DNA of 64,000 bases, from the NCBI RefSeq assembly GCF_003918875.1, contig NW_025767680.1, forward strand, positions 1 through 64,000, in the 5' to 3' direction. Of the stretch, positions 1 through 12,019 are shown piece after piece. The position numbers were made by a program, and so were the translations under genes. How positions within the stretch are numbered: the first letter of the stretch is position 1; each line of letters opens with the position of its first letter. The DNA is from Haliotis rubra (taxonomy: Eukaryota). The notes beneath the pieces were generated by a model, which was not told the DNA's origin, searched no databases, and worked only from the letters and a program-made list of their open reading frames with translations.

Positions 1-335
1 CGCGCGCAGCTGTTCACATGCATGATCTATTTGCAGATGCTTTACAGCACTTCTGATGCATGATCCTCGTGCAATTCATCTGCATACGGTTTTAAGTTGG
101 TTCCCCAGTTTAATGGAGAGGTCACCATTCGATGTAACCATACATATATACATAACATGGTAGTGAGGTTTTAAGTTAGTCCTAACCTTTTTGATGTTAC
201 TTATATGGTTTTACGAGAGAAATGATCCCATAAAAGTTCACTTCAAGTCAAAGAATAAGAGCGTGAGTAATAAGCAGGAGTGCTCTTGCAGCAAATATTC
301 AGCAAATGTGACTTATCTCCCTTGGTATCACTACT

Positions 336-3300
336 CCCATGCGATGTAGCCTACTTGATAGCCGATAGAAACGCATGCATCCAGCTGCAAAATAGCAAAG
401 AAGGTTCAACTCAAACAATGTTTTACATTGAGACACAAACTGGAACGGAAAGTTCCATTGCATTTTCTCGCGCATGATGTTCTGAGACTCAGGGAGAAGG
501 CTCAGAGCACCATTCAGACTGTAGAGAGATTATGGATAATAAAGCATATGACTCTTATGGATAACAACTTTGTTGTTTAGACAGAGGTAGTTGCGATGTT
601 TCGTAGATTCCTTTTAGCTTGTAAATGGTGTAAGAACCCACACGGACACGTCGTAATGCCTATTAGAAGTTACATGAGGCTTTTCGGGATACAACCTGAT
701 TATGACGAATTATTAAGGAATACAGGAGGCACCAGGCTTTAATTTCTTAGAGGACTCCCTGAATCTATAATTCTGTGATGTCATTACCATATGGGGTGGT
801 GGGGTAGCCTTGTGGTTAAAACGAACGCTCGTCAAGCCGAAGACCCGAGTTCAATTCCCCACACGGGTACAGCGTGTGACGTCAACCTTCCCGCTGTGAG
901 AGTATTGCTGGATTATTGCTGAAAGCTCGGCGTAAAACTGCTTCCACCTGTCATTACCATAAGGCTGGCGTTACCTCCTGTACTTCCGGAGACGGAATGT
1001 GGCTGTGATCACCTCGATATAAGGCCAGTAGATTTGTTCTCAAAACATTGGAAGCTCAAAACAAGAAACTCTTGCTAGATTGCCTCTTCCAAGGCGACAT
1101 ACACAGTATATGAACGTGTACTCTCCATCTCTGAGCCCAACATGCTCAGTGTATTCACAGGTATGCAACAGGTAATACGAATCTCAACCAAACGAAACAT
1201 TTGATCTAAACACCACCCTGATACATGCTCAAAGTGCCTATCCACACTACCTGGCCTACAACGTCTTTGTCTTACCTCCACAAAGAACAACGATAAACCT
1301 GCTTACCAGGTGTACCCACGTACGGTTCCTACCCTGTGAAGCATGTCCCTCTTACCCGTACAACCCGTTTGTCTTACCTGTACACCGTGTTTGTCCGCCC
1401 TTTGGCTGAATGCACCATCACAACCCCATAACCCCTGGTGTACCTGTACGGCTTACCTGTATGAAACATGTTGCTCTTTACTCGTACAACCTGTTTTGTC
1501 TTACCTGTAATGCAGCGTGTTTTTCTGTACAAAGCTCTACTACGCAAACCTAATAATTTGGTGTAGTGGCGACAACATGTTCCTCTTACCTGTACAACCT
1601 GTTTGTCTTACCTTGTACAACGTAAGCTTCTGCACAAAGCTCTACTCACAAACCGCAGAACTGGTGTAGTGTATCGCCCTACCTGTATGATGAGAGCATG
1701 TATCATCACCAACCCCATCACCAGCGCCAGCACCGTGGACGTTGATCACACACTCTGAAACAAAGAACTACGTCATGAAAGTAAGCTGGCTGTGTTTGGT
1801 TTAACGCCGCACCGCAGCAGGATGCACCAGCCATATGGCAGCGGTCTGTAAACAGTCGAGTCTGGACCAGACAACTAAGTGATCAGCGCAGTAATGAGCA
1901 TCCTATCTGCATGCAATTTGGGATACGATGACATGTGGTCAATCCAAGTCAGCGAGCCTGACTAATTCGATCCCGTTAGTGGCTCCTTGCGACAAGCGCT
2001 ATGGGTTACTTTGAATACCAATTCCAACCCAGATCTTCACCGGTGCTTAAATCAACCAAAGTCATCAAGCCTGACCACCAAACATCAAAGCAAGGGTTTG
2101 GAGAAGAATTGTGCTCTACACTTTTCTTGAGCAACATGTTTCAGCGTTAAGGCTCATCCATATTCGTAAACCAACTATATGTATGAGCCATCGTGAGAGT
2201 AAAAGATTACAAACTATTGGTCTAATCTGACATTGGAGGTGAGGGTGAAATTGGGTTTTACGTCGTGCCAAGAATATTTCAGCTCATATACGTGACGTGC
2301 ATCGCGTGTGTATGTGTATGTGCGGCTGCTTGTACTAGCCCAGACTTAAGCTGGTTTTATAGTGCCAGCAGCCTACTGAGAGATACCATGCCGCAGTGAA
2401 GCATGAATACTTACTCAGACACATTATACTGACTCCAGGCCGACCGATTCTTTGTTGTACCCATTAATGCCGAGCGCCAGGCAGGGACCAACAAATTACC
2501 ATATTTTAACGTCTTTTGGTATGACGCGGTCGGGGATCGACGCTCTAATCAAGTACACCACGGAGGCGGTCATGCGGACATTGGAAACAAACATGACTAG
2601 AGATTGCAAGGCATGAAACTCTTCACAGCTCACTTTCTGTCGCTAACAACCACCAGAACATCCGTGCCAACAGTATCTAACACCCATAAGCATACGTAGC
2701 GTCTACAAAACAATTGGACTATATTGATTGCTTATTCTCCAGGACATATTTCATCTAAGCGTCTGACTAAATTCAATGGACAGAGTTATGTCCCTTGATC
2801 TGTCAGCAACGTGAGATCGTAGGGTCATATCCCGGTTTCGTTGTTCCCAGGGTCCTGGAGTTTAACAGCTCCATACTTACACCCAAATGGTACACGTCCG
2901 AGACTTCACTTCGTGCCAGGCTCGCTCCACTTACCCTGACCGCTGTCAGCATATAGTAGCCAACTATTGTATCCAAGTCTTGAGGACTCTTCAACAAACC
3001 GCTCGGTATGATCTCCAGTTGGCGTTAGGCCAAAGGCTTGGCGAAATATTTGTTTGCGTATCCGATTAGGATGTCTAGCAACGTCACGAACGAACCCAAC
3101 AGCTCCAAATGTGACCTGTGAACAAAAGGTACCAGGCTTGTCAGTGCGTTGTTTGATGGATACTCGGAGAGAGTGAATTGAGTTTTATGCCGTTTTTAGC
3201 AATAATCAGCGTTAGCGATCACGGCACGGTACACCACAAATGGGTACCACAGATTGTACCAATGTCAGCCGAATTGGACACGTTCATCAGCCTACACGAG

Positions 3301-6300
3301 CAAACGCTTTAACCACTAAAGCTGTACCAAACCGACAAGAGCTTCGAAGCCCCACAAGAGAAAATAAATTGAAGGTTTAAGATCCGCAGCCACGGGTCGG
3401 GCCCTGAAGCCCCCTGAAGTCAACGTATAATTGTGCAATTCTAATCTTTTCAGGAAAAGTCACTGAAAAGATGTATTCGAACCTATTTGTGCATGATTTC
3501 TAACGTATATGCTATGAACCAAGTTTGGCGTGAGATTTATCGGGATTTGTCGAGAGAGCTTTACAATGAGTATTGTAACCGTGACTTTCAAGCTTAGAGT
3601 GCGTGAGCGCCTCCGCAGATATGCTGTCACCGATGTAAGTATTTGGTAAATGCAGTAATGCACAGGTGATATTGTGAGCAGCGTCGGAAAGTTGGCCACG
3701 AATGCCATGAGAGTTATTCTTGCTGATACAATCTCCGGTTTTGCATCCAGGGGACACAACCCTGCACCTTGAGCTGTTGTATCTCAGACGACTGGGGTCA
3801 ACTAGGCGATGTGTGGTTGATCGAATCCTTTACTTACCACGTAGAGGAGGAACACTCCGACCATGAGAACAGACAGGATACGGGTCGAATACCTAAAACC
3901 CTGGAACAGAAACAATGATTAATACCGCAGCAACATCACTGCTGATTCCCGGAGCATGAATGGAGTGAGCGATCCCGTTAGTCGCCCGAATCGAGCCCGA
4001 GTCTTCTTCTGAACTAGGCTACTCGAATTTGTTGCGTCAAAAAATCACGCCAGAATCCAGAATTTTAACTTTGGAAGGTACTATACTGATTCAGTGTTCC
4101 TAGTTCTATTGGAAACAGTTTGGAGATGCTTCGCAGCATACCTCCCAATCTCTATTATACAATAAGACATTCATAAATATTGCCGAAAAACATCAAATCC
4201 ACCTGTTCTATTTTTGTAGAGTAATTCGTGTATGGCAGCAAGCAGCCCCGGTTTTGATTTTTGTCCATGCATTTTTTCCGGAGGGCTGGAACGTGGAAGA
4301 ACGTTGTTATTTACAACGAAAACAATGTACTCATGGATTTAAGTCGATGTACTATGTTTACGGATAGGTTTCATATGAATTCACGTTCAGAGATTGAGTG
4401 GAAGGTATGTTTTTACGCCGCTTTGTTTGCTTGTTTCTATTCAAGCTACGTGACGGTTGTCAATCACCGAAGCTCGACCGTGACAATCCAGTGACTTCAC
4501 ATTAACGGGATATTATTAACAAAGAGATTATGAGTGCCAGCCATCAACGTAGTCAGGGAAACTTGTTGAGTGCCAGGATTAATATACCTGGAATCTTCGG
4601 CGTCACTAAAGATCTGTGTTCCTGGCCAATCCTCCGCGGCGTGCATTAACCTGTTTTAGAACAGGCATAAACGATGACTAAATTGTCATACACTCAGCAC
4701 CGATGAGGACAAGACAGCATTCCTTTGTTGGATAATTACAACCTGGGGCATTTTTCTGCTCATGTTGCTGAAATTCATAATTATCTGCCACGCCTAAATA
4801 TAACAACCAGGAAGGAATTAAATCACTTGCCCAGCAAACAAAGCGGAATGTCAGCACGAGATGTATTTACACAGTCGGGAAGAAACGCTACTCTCGTATG
4901 TAAAAACTATATTTAGCCACTGATTTAACTTCTGATGTTTCTTCCCTGGAAACAACATATGTGGTTTTTAGCTTTCTTGCGCTAGTGAAGAAACGGGTTT
5001 CATCATTAAGCTACTAATATGATTTTAACACTTCTTTATCAGGACATAATCCTGCATGATTTGAAGAAAGCGTGTTGTAACTTATCCAAATCGGGGAGAG
5101 AGATATATTTACAAAATGACACCATGCACAATTCAATTAGCCAATCGGGCCAGTGACTGTGGAGAATTACTGGCCAGACTGAGTTTACCATCCTCGATAA
5201 TCTCCAGGGTATGACAGCCATTGAGCACTCTCCACTATACCCTGGATGCATCCACGGCTTGGCAGGGCGATGATTTTATTACCTCCCTTTGTCGGCTTTT
5301 TATCCAGTCCAGGTGCCTACGCTTCAGGAAGTCGAGCGTACAAATCACTCATCACTTTCATGCCTTAAAATTATCTGAACCGTTTAAACTTGGCAACCAA
5401 TTGATGCAGAGGTACTTTGAAGAAGTAGAAGGAGTTCTTTCATATATTCTTTTGAAGTTTCAGATCTGTGAATTTGTCTTTATTATTTCCCCAAAATCTA
5501 GGTGGCACTACGAACAAACCTTTGCAACGTGCGACCCAATCTTTGTTGACACGGCAAGCTCGGATAATGCGGCGGCTTAGCTGATTGGCTACTGTGAGAA
5601 TGCGGAGCCAGCCAAGGGAAGGTAATAAAATCATCGCCGTGGATGCATCAGGGTATAGTGGAGAGTGATCGTAACGTATACCTTGGAGATTATCGAGGAT
5701 GGGTTTTACTGGCCAAAAGGCTAGCGAGGCCAGTGGTTGTTTCGCACTCTGCTTACCGGATTTGGTATTGTCACACATTAAGCACTTACGGGGGTCGGGA
5801 GCATATAGAATAATATGCACTTACGGGGTCGGGAACAGACAGATAATATGCTCTTAGAGCGGATAAAGGAACAGACAGATAATATGCACTGGTACAGGTC
5901 GGGAACAGACAGATAATATGCACTTACGGGGTTTAGGTGCTGGTTTCCTGAAGAGTTTGATGACGTGAAGTCCCTGGTAAGATTCCTGAATGTACTTCAG
6001 AGTCTGGGGAACATCAAGATCGGTTTCTTCCGCCTCAAAATACTTCTTAGTTTTGAGAGCGTGCGAACAAACCCTGATCGGTAGGATGACGCTGAGATAC
6101 AAGAGGCAGAACAGGTGTGGTAGACTTCGGCCCACTACCAACATGCGGGCTTCCTGTGTACGCCAATGATGTATATGCCAGATATATGTATGCACTACTA
6201 CTACAACTACTGCTGCTGCTGCTACTACTAATTTCTACTATGACTACTACCACTATTATCACTACTACTACGACAACTACCACTACGACTACAACTACGA

Positions 6301-9300
6301 CTACTACCGCTACTACGACTACTACTACGACTACTACTATTAGCACTACTACTACGACTCTTACTACTACCACTACTACTGCTACTACTACCGCTACTAC
6401 GACTACAACTACTACTACGACGACTTCGATGACTACTACTACGTCTACTACGATTACTACTGCCCCTGCTGTTGTTGCTACTACTACAGGTATCGGCACC
6501 ACCACCATTATAACTAGTGCAACAACCACCACCACTATTACTACCATTGATTCTAATAAGAATGTGTTCGTATCGGCAACTTTGTCTATATTTCTCTATC
6601 GGTTTCTCTAACGGTGTCAATTATTATCACGTTGTTTACCTCCTTATGTCGACAGTAAAATGATAGACAAATGATGGTCAAGTAATAATGGTAAAAAAAG
6701 GCATCACTAAAACAATGGTTCTGTGTAACGTCAAGAGTAACGTCTGTCTTACGTTAACAATGCTATCTGTATTTCGGCAACAATGGTTCTGTGTAACGTC
6801 AAGAGTAGCGTCTGTATCACGTTAACAGTGATGTTTGTATGACGGCAACAATGGTTCTGTGTAACGTCAAGAGTAGCGTCTGTATCACGTGAAAAATGAT
6901 GTTTGTATGACGGCAACAATGGTTCTGTTTAACGTCAACAGTAACGTCTGTATCACGTTAACAATGATGTCTGTATGTCGGCAACAGTGGTTCTGTGTAA
7001 CGTCAAGGGTAAGCGTCTTTATTACATTAACAGTGATGTCTGTATGTCGGCAACAATGGTTCTTGGTGTGTAACGTCAAGGGGTAACGTCTGTATTACAT
7101 TAACAATGATGTCTGTATGTCGGCAAAATGGTTCTGTGTAACGTCAAAGGTACTGTCTGTCTTACGTTAACAATGATGTCTGTATTTCGGCAACAATGGT
7201 TCTGTTAAACGTCAAGCGTAGCGTCTTTATCACGTTAACAATGATGTCTGTATGTCGGCAACAGTGGTTCTGTGCAACGTCAAAGGGTAGCGTCTTTATC
7301 ACGTTAACAATGATGTCTGTATGTCGGCAACAGTGATTCTGTGTAACGTCAAGGGTAGCGTCTTTATTACATTAACAGTGATGTCTGTATGTCGGCAACA
7401 ATGGTTCTGTGTAACGTCAAGGGTAGCGTCTTTATTACATTAACAATGATGTCTGTATGTCGGCAACAATGGTTCTGTGTAACGTCAAGAGTAACGTCTG
7501 TCTTACGTTAGCAATGATATCTGTATGACGGCAACAATGGTTCTGTATGACGTCAAGGGTAACGTCTGTATTACGTTAACAATGATGTCTGTATGACGGC
7601 AACAATAGTTCTGTATAACGTCAAGGGTAGCGTCTTTATTACATTAACAGTGATGTCTGTATGTCGGCAACAATGGTTCTGTGTAACGTCAAGGGTAGCG
7701 TCTTTATTACATTAACAATGATGTCTGTATGTCGGCAACAATGGTTCTGTGTAACGTCAAGAGTAACGTCTGTCTTACGTTAGCAATGATATCTGTATGA
7801 CGGCAACAATGGTTCTGTGTAACGTCAAGGGTAGCGTCTTTATTACATTAACAATGATGTCTGTATGTCGGCAACAATGGTTCTGTGTAACGTCAAGAGT
7901 AACGTCTGTATTACGTTAACAATGATGTCTGTATGACGGCAACAATGGTTCTGTGTAACGTCAAGCGTAGCGTCTTTATTACGTTAAAAAACATGTCTGT
8001 ATGACGGCAACAATGGTTCTGTCTAACGTCAAGGGTAGGGTCTGTATTACGTTAGCAATGATGTCTGTATGTCGGTAACAGTGGTTCTGTGTTATACAAT
8101 TCACTGTATCATAAGAGTTATGACATGCACATTGTCACCATCCCTTATGTATCACGGCGAATGTGACTAGCGGGATCGGGTGGTCAGACTCGCTGGCTCG
8201 TATCCCAATTGCCTGATGCTCTTGGAAACACTGGGGCGGTGAGGTAGCCTTGTGGTTGAAGCGTTCGCTCGTCACGCCGAAGACCCGGGTTTGATTCCCC
8301 AGTTGGGTACAATGTGTGAAGCCCATTTCTGGTGTCCCCGTCGTGATATTGCTGGAATATTGCTAAAATGGGGCTTAAACCCTCACACACACTCATGCCA
8401 TCACCGGATTGTTTGGTCCAGACTCCAATATTTACAGACCGCCGCCATGTAGCTGGGAAGGTGCTGAGTGCGGCGTTAAACAACAGCCAACCAACCAATC
8501 ATTAACCACGTTATCTTGAACCACGAGGCTCATTAACCGTGTAATACAACTTACCCATCTAATGTTACACTCAAAGGTCTTGTAGAACTGCACGGCGGTG
8601 ATCACCCATACGTACACCGCCCCAATGGCGTAACTGAAGATAGACTTTATGGCCAGTGCAGCGAAGATTGGATAGTACACGAAGCCGTACCATATCATTG
8701 ATACTATCACGACCAGTGCTGGAAGCAGAATTCAAAAGATTGAATAGAAACGAGCATCAATGATGGACGATGAGGGTACCAGCTGGGTCGACTGAGGAAA
8801 TTGGCAGTCTCCAAAACTGTGTAAATCAACCAAATGCGTAGATCGATGCCATGATGTTAATCACTGGATTGTCTGGTTCAGACTCGATTATATACCGACA
8901 GTCGCGCTATAGCTTGAATATTGCTAAGTGCTGCGATAAACAACCCAAAAAAACACAAAAGTTTTAGAGTGTATCTAGCAGTAAAGGAGTTTGTTAAGGT
9001 AATATGAAACGAAGGCAATACCACTGTGTTGTCACTGTTTGTTCCTACACTTATACTGGAAGTGGTAGGGTAGTCTAGTGGTTAAAGCGTTCGGTCGTCA
9101 CGCTGAAGACCCGGGTTCAATTCCCCACATGGGTAGAATGTATGAACCCCATTACTGGTATCCCCCTCCGTGATATTGCTGGAATATTGCTAAAATCGGC
9201 ATAAAACTAAATTCACTCACTTGCTACACTAATATGTATATAATACAATCTAAGTTTGTAGACAGCCACAGAAATGCATTGCGAATTGACCCGAGTCAAG

Positions 9301-11802
9301 TCAAGTGTTCAGACCATGACACTGCATTAATTCACCATATGCCCATCCAGGAGTCAGTGAATGATTGGAGTATAATACCGCCCGGAACAGTATTTCTTCC
9401 ACCTCTTGGTCTATCCGAGTGATGCAGCTCTTATCAGTGACGTCATCAAACACAGGCATGGTACTTTACAACCAAGAAACAATCAAGTCGAACCTGGATT
9501 CCAACAAATGATTAAGGTTCCTGGCAAGCCAAAGTGAGACAACCAAATACAGCGATGTGCAGTACGTTAGATCAACATATCCCCTAAATGAATGTGCTGA
9601 TGGTGTGTACGTACTTTTTAAGGCTAGAGGTCCTTCATATCGGAAGGCAAACTTTTGCTCGAATATAACTTCATATATGAGGAAGATGGTTGCTCCAAAT
9701 GCCGCTACGTAGGATATGCTGGCAGATGTGGTAAGTGCGTCCATGGGGCTGTAACAAGATCATATGTAATCAGAATTAGTACAGTGAAGACTGTCCAAAC
9801 ATTAGACAAAATGTAAATAATGAAAGACAGGTAAGTTTAGTCATGCTAACTGAATTGCTGAAAATCATCGTTATCACTCTCGTATTTACCAGACATGGAG
9901 TGTAAAGCTGTACTAATGAGTGAGTGAGTGGGTTTTACGCTGCTTGCACCACTATTCCAGCATTATGGGACTCACTCATGGTACCCCTAAACCGGGTCTT
10001 GGGGTGACGAGCAAACGCTTTAACGACCAAGCTACCTCACAGTCCCAAGTTCTAATGGTTGAAGAGCTCGCTGGTTATGCCGTTGATCCAGGTTCTATTT
10101 CCCAGACGGGTACAATTTGTGAAGAGCATTTCTGGTGTCCCCCCGCCGTGATATCGCTGGAATGTTGCTAAATGCGGCGTAAAACCATACTCACTCATTC
10201 ACTCACTCAGTGTTCATCGGAGGCAACTTACTGAACAAGTGCAGGTCTGCCATAGAGAAAGTTAACAAATTTCCGTCTTCTCGTCTTCAACAAAGAAAAT
10301 GCCAGGCTGATCAGCACCTGTAAGAAGGAGACGTCAGTTGTGTATACGACGTAGTCTCTGACCAACGGAAAGATCGACTCAATATTACCTCATGCAAATG
10401 AGTTTTCTCAAGTTACAAACAAAACATTATTGGTGAACATCGCGCAGTATATTAGATCTTTGTCATACAGTACTAGAACTGTGGATTGAGTAAGACTTAA
10501 CATCGCATCAGCATTATTTCAGCACATAGCGACGAGACAAAACTGCACATATACACAAGTCTATTTCAAGTACAAAGTTTAAAGGATTTTCTTAAAAACT
10601 TTTCATCATTAGATTATCATCATTTGCAATTAGAAAATGTTACAGCACTAAATTGAAAAACGAGCAATGTGTCATACACATACAAAGTTACAATTTATAG
10701 TACAGACCAATTTCTTTTAGGTTGTTCACAATGAGGTTAAACAGAGAAGATGACAGAACTCCATGTAAGACTTACAGCTGGGATAACCGTGTACTGATAG
10801 AACCGGAAGTGGTCGATGTGGGTGACGCAGGCCGTCCTGTAAGAAACATAGCAACATAAATATCCTTGCGCCAACATTTCCCAATCACATATCAAATAGT
10901 TCAGAGGTACAAATGTATATGTTTCGTTACACAAATTAGCATTAGTTTTGTTTACAATCAATTTCGGCAGAAGAAACTACTGGTTCATCGTTTATGATAA
11001 ATGTTGGTTGACAGATCACCCAATCACATGTACATGTACCCCTATTAAACGGCAGAAATAGACATAAGACATTTTCCGGTGTCTCCCGCCGAAAAATTGC
11101 TGCAATTTTGCTCAAAGCGGCGTAAAGCCATACTCGCCCACACGATGTCGGGTTTTTTTTGCGTTTCAGTATGCCTTCCGACATATAAATACACTGTAGG
11201 ATGTTAATAAATAATATTATTAACTACGAGGGCTAAAATATCGGGGTTCATATTTTTCATACGATGCCCTTATAGTGGTGACGTGACGTCATGAACAATG
11301 CTATGACGTCACGTTTCTTCTGTGACGTTGCGTGCTACATGCGGCGACGGAGGGTAGCCAGCCTATGTTTGAAAGTGGATTTCGGTTTATTTTCCTCAAT
11401 TTGACGACTTCGGTAATTAACAGAATATTATATTCGTGCCCATATCATACCTTGTTTACAACACTCGTGCCTAAATATCGGTATATCCCTCGTTCTCGCT
11501 CGGGAAATACCAATATTTAGGCACTCGTGTCGTAATCATAGTAGGCCTATGACACGGGCACTCATATAATATCCTCTATTAATTAATATCATGGCTACAT
11601 TATAGGAAATATATAGTCAGAGTAGTGTATATTTCTTCCATATGTATATCATACTTGGACAGGTAGTCTAAGGTTTATAGATGTGTGCGTGCGGTAACTG
11701 ACAGTGTCGGCGGGACACTCACCTGTTGAAATGTGTGGTGTTATCGTCACTCTCAAGAATAGTAAACAGACCGTCGATTTCGTTCAAAAAATTCCCACTC
11801 AT
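336..11802 (-). CDS. STRA6L: STRA6-like (RBP receptor family) multi-pass membrane protein, 5' part; gene continues beyond the left edge
   Basis: Manually spliced GT-AG exons: 11802-11723 (MSGNFLNEIDGLFTILESDDNTTHFNR), 10836-10776 (TACVTHIDHFRFYQYTVIPA), 10317-10232 (VLISLAFSLLKTRRRKFVNFLYGRPALVH), 9748-9615 (PMDALTTSASISYVAAFGATIFLIY...), 8718-8555 (...YGFVYYPIFAAL...), 6153-5928 (...LPHLFCLLYLSVILP...SYQGLHVIKLFRKP), 4285-4203, 3900-3838 (GFRYSTRILSVLMVGVFLLYV), 3115-2935, about 1755-1683 (...MLSSYR), 1038-958 (TNLLALYRGDHSHIP), about 384-336 (GCMRF..GYQVGYIAWG). Phases of the first six exons join without error. Motifs GRPxLVxP, AAFGAT, YYPxFA, FRYSTR, LYRG and GYQVxYxxWG match the STRA6/STRA6-like family as I recall it. 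Exons below about 4.3 kb carry 1-bp indels. Confidence 0.88.
793..948 (+). mobile_element. tRNA-headed SINE (family A) with 13-bp TSD
   Basis: A-box-like gtagccttgtggttaaa, B-box-like gagttcaattccc, tail ctggattattgct..ggcgtaaaac; TSD tgtcattaccata at 779-791 and 949-961. Confidence 0.85.
1265..1680. repeat. degenerate tandem repeat built on (t)cttacctgtac
   Basis: About 10 imperfect copies of cttacctgta/cttacccgta in the intron next to exon 1683-1755. Confidence 0.6.
1795..2045 (-). mobile_element. SINE family B (structured non-tRNA head, LINE-type tail)
   Basis: Matches the copies at 14036-14262, 15893-16130 and 32465-32745; many 1-bp indels. Confidence 0.8.
2238..2576 (-). mobile_element. 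Meta-domain (probably Meta+Deu) SINE with 9-bp TSD
   Basis: Reverse strand reads cgcgtcataccaaaagacgttaaaatatggta...ccctgcctggcgctcggcat (Meta-like), then cagtataatgtgtct...ggcactataaa, and tail gctgaaatattcttggcacgacgtaaaac; TSD gacattgga at 2229-2237 and 2577-2585. Confidence 0.65.
3175..3325 (-). mobile_element. decayed SINE family A
   Basis: gagttttatgccgtttttagcaata...gcaaacgctttaaccacta. Confidence 0.65.
5138..5723. mobile_element. non-autonomous TIR element with about 120-bp imperfect inverted repeats
   Basis: 5170-5290 (ccatcctcgataatctccagggtat...cactctccactataccctggatgcatccacggc...gcgatgattttattacctccctt) is the reverse complement of 5613-5715; ends TAGCC...GGCTA; no clear TSD. 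Confidence 0.65.
5783..5930. repeat. about 33-bp tandem repeat containing copies of the exon splice donor
   Basis: 4-5 units of gggaacagacagataatatgcacttacgggg. Confidence 0.7.
6195..6548. repeat. (ACT/ACG/ACC)n trinucleotide microsatellite, intronic
   Basis: Imperfect actactacg run; source of the spurious poly-Thr, poly-Val and poly-Ser ORFs. Confidence 0.9.
6711..8092. repeat. 68-bp minisatellite, about 20 copies
   Basis: Unit caatggttctgtgtaacgtcaagggtagcgtctttattacattaacaatgatgtctgtatgtcggcaa; period 68 (atgg at 7401 and 7469). Confidence 0.95.
8160..8500 (+). mobile_element. SINE A (8233-8395) nested inside SINE B
   Basis: SINE B 5' half (gactagcgggatcgggtggtcag) and 3' half (ggattgtttggtccagactc...gcggcgttaaac) are split by a full SINE A. 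Confidence 0.8.
9060..9220 (+). mobile_element. SINE family A
   Basis: gggtagtctagtggttaaagcgttcggtcgtcacgctgaagacccgggttcaattcccc...ctggaatattgctaaaatcggcataaaac. Confidence 0.85.
9918..10210. mobile_element. two decayed SINE A copies head-to-head
   Basis: Minus copy 9918-10040 and plus copy 10050-10210. Confidence 0.65.
11197..11579. mobile_element. non-autonomous DNA element with long subterminal hairpin (Crypton-like family assignment tentative)
   Basis: Hairpin arms acactcgtgcctaaatatcggtatatccc (11461) and gggaaataccaatatttaggcactcgtgt (11502); ends tataatatcctcta; internal palindrome acgtgacgtcat...atgacgtcacgt. Confidence 0.5.
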
Positions 11803-12019
11803 CTTGAATCATTTGCTGTGAACACAGAAACATGAAATACAGTTATTAGAATGTTGTCGTCCATTGAGTAAAGTTAGTAGGCTGCGCTGTTGTTTAACGC
11901 CACACTGAGACGAGCATGTAATGATATTATATCGAGTATTTTGTTAGGTGTTTATATCAGTAAATATTATATCTGAGACTTTATTATCGTGTTTATGCTG
12001 TGGGGTCTTGATAATAGTT

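Noticed and set aside
6047-6620. Poly-Thr mucin-like and poly-Val ORFs
   Set aside because: Translation of an intronic trinucleotide microsatellite; no splice or start context
6711-8092. CRISPR-like periodic array
   Set aside because: Contiguous tandem units without unique spacers, in a eukaryotic intron with no cas genes
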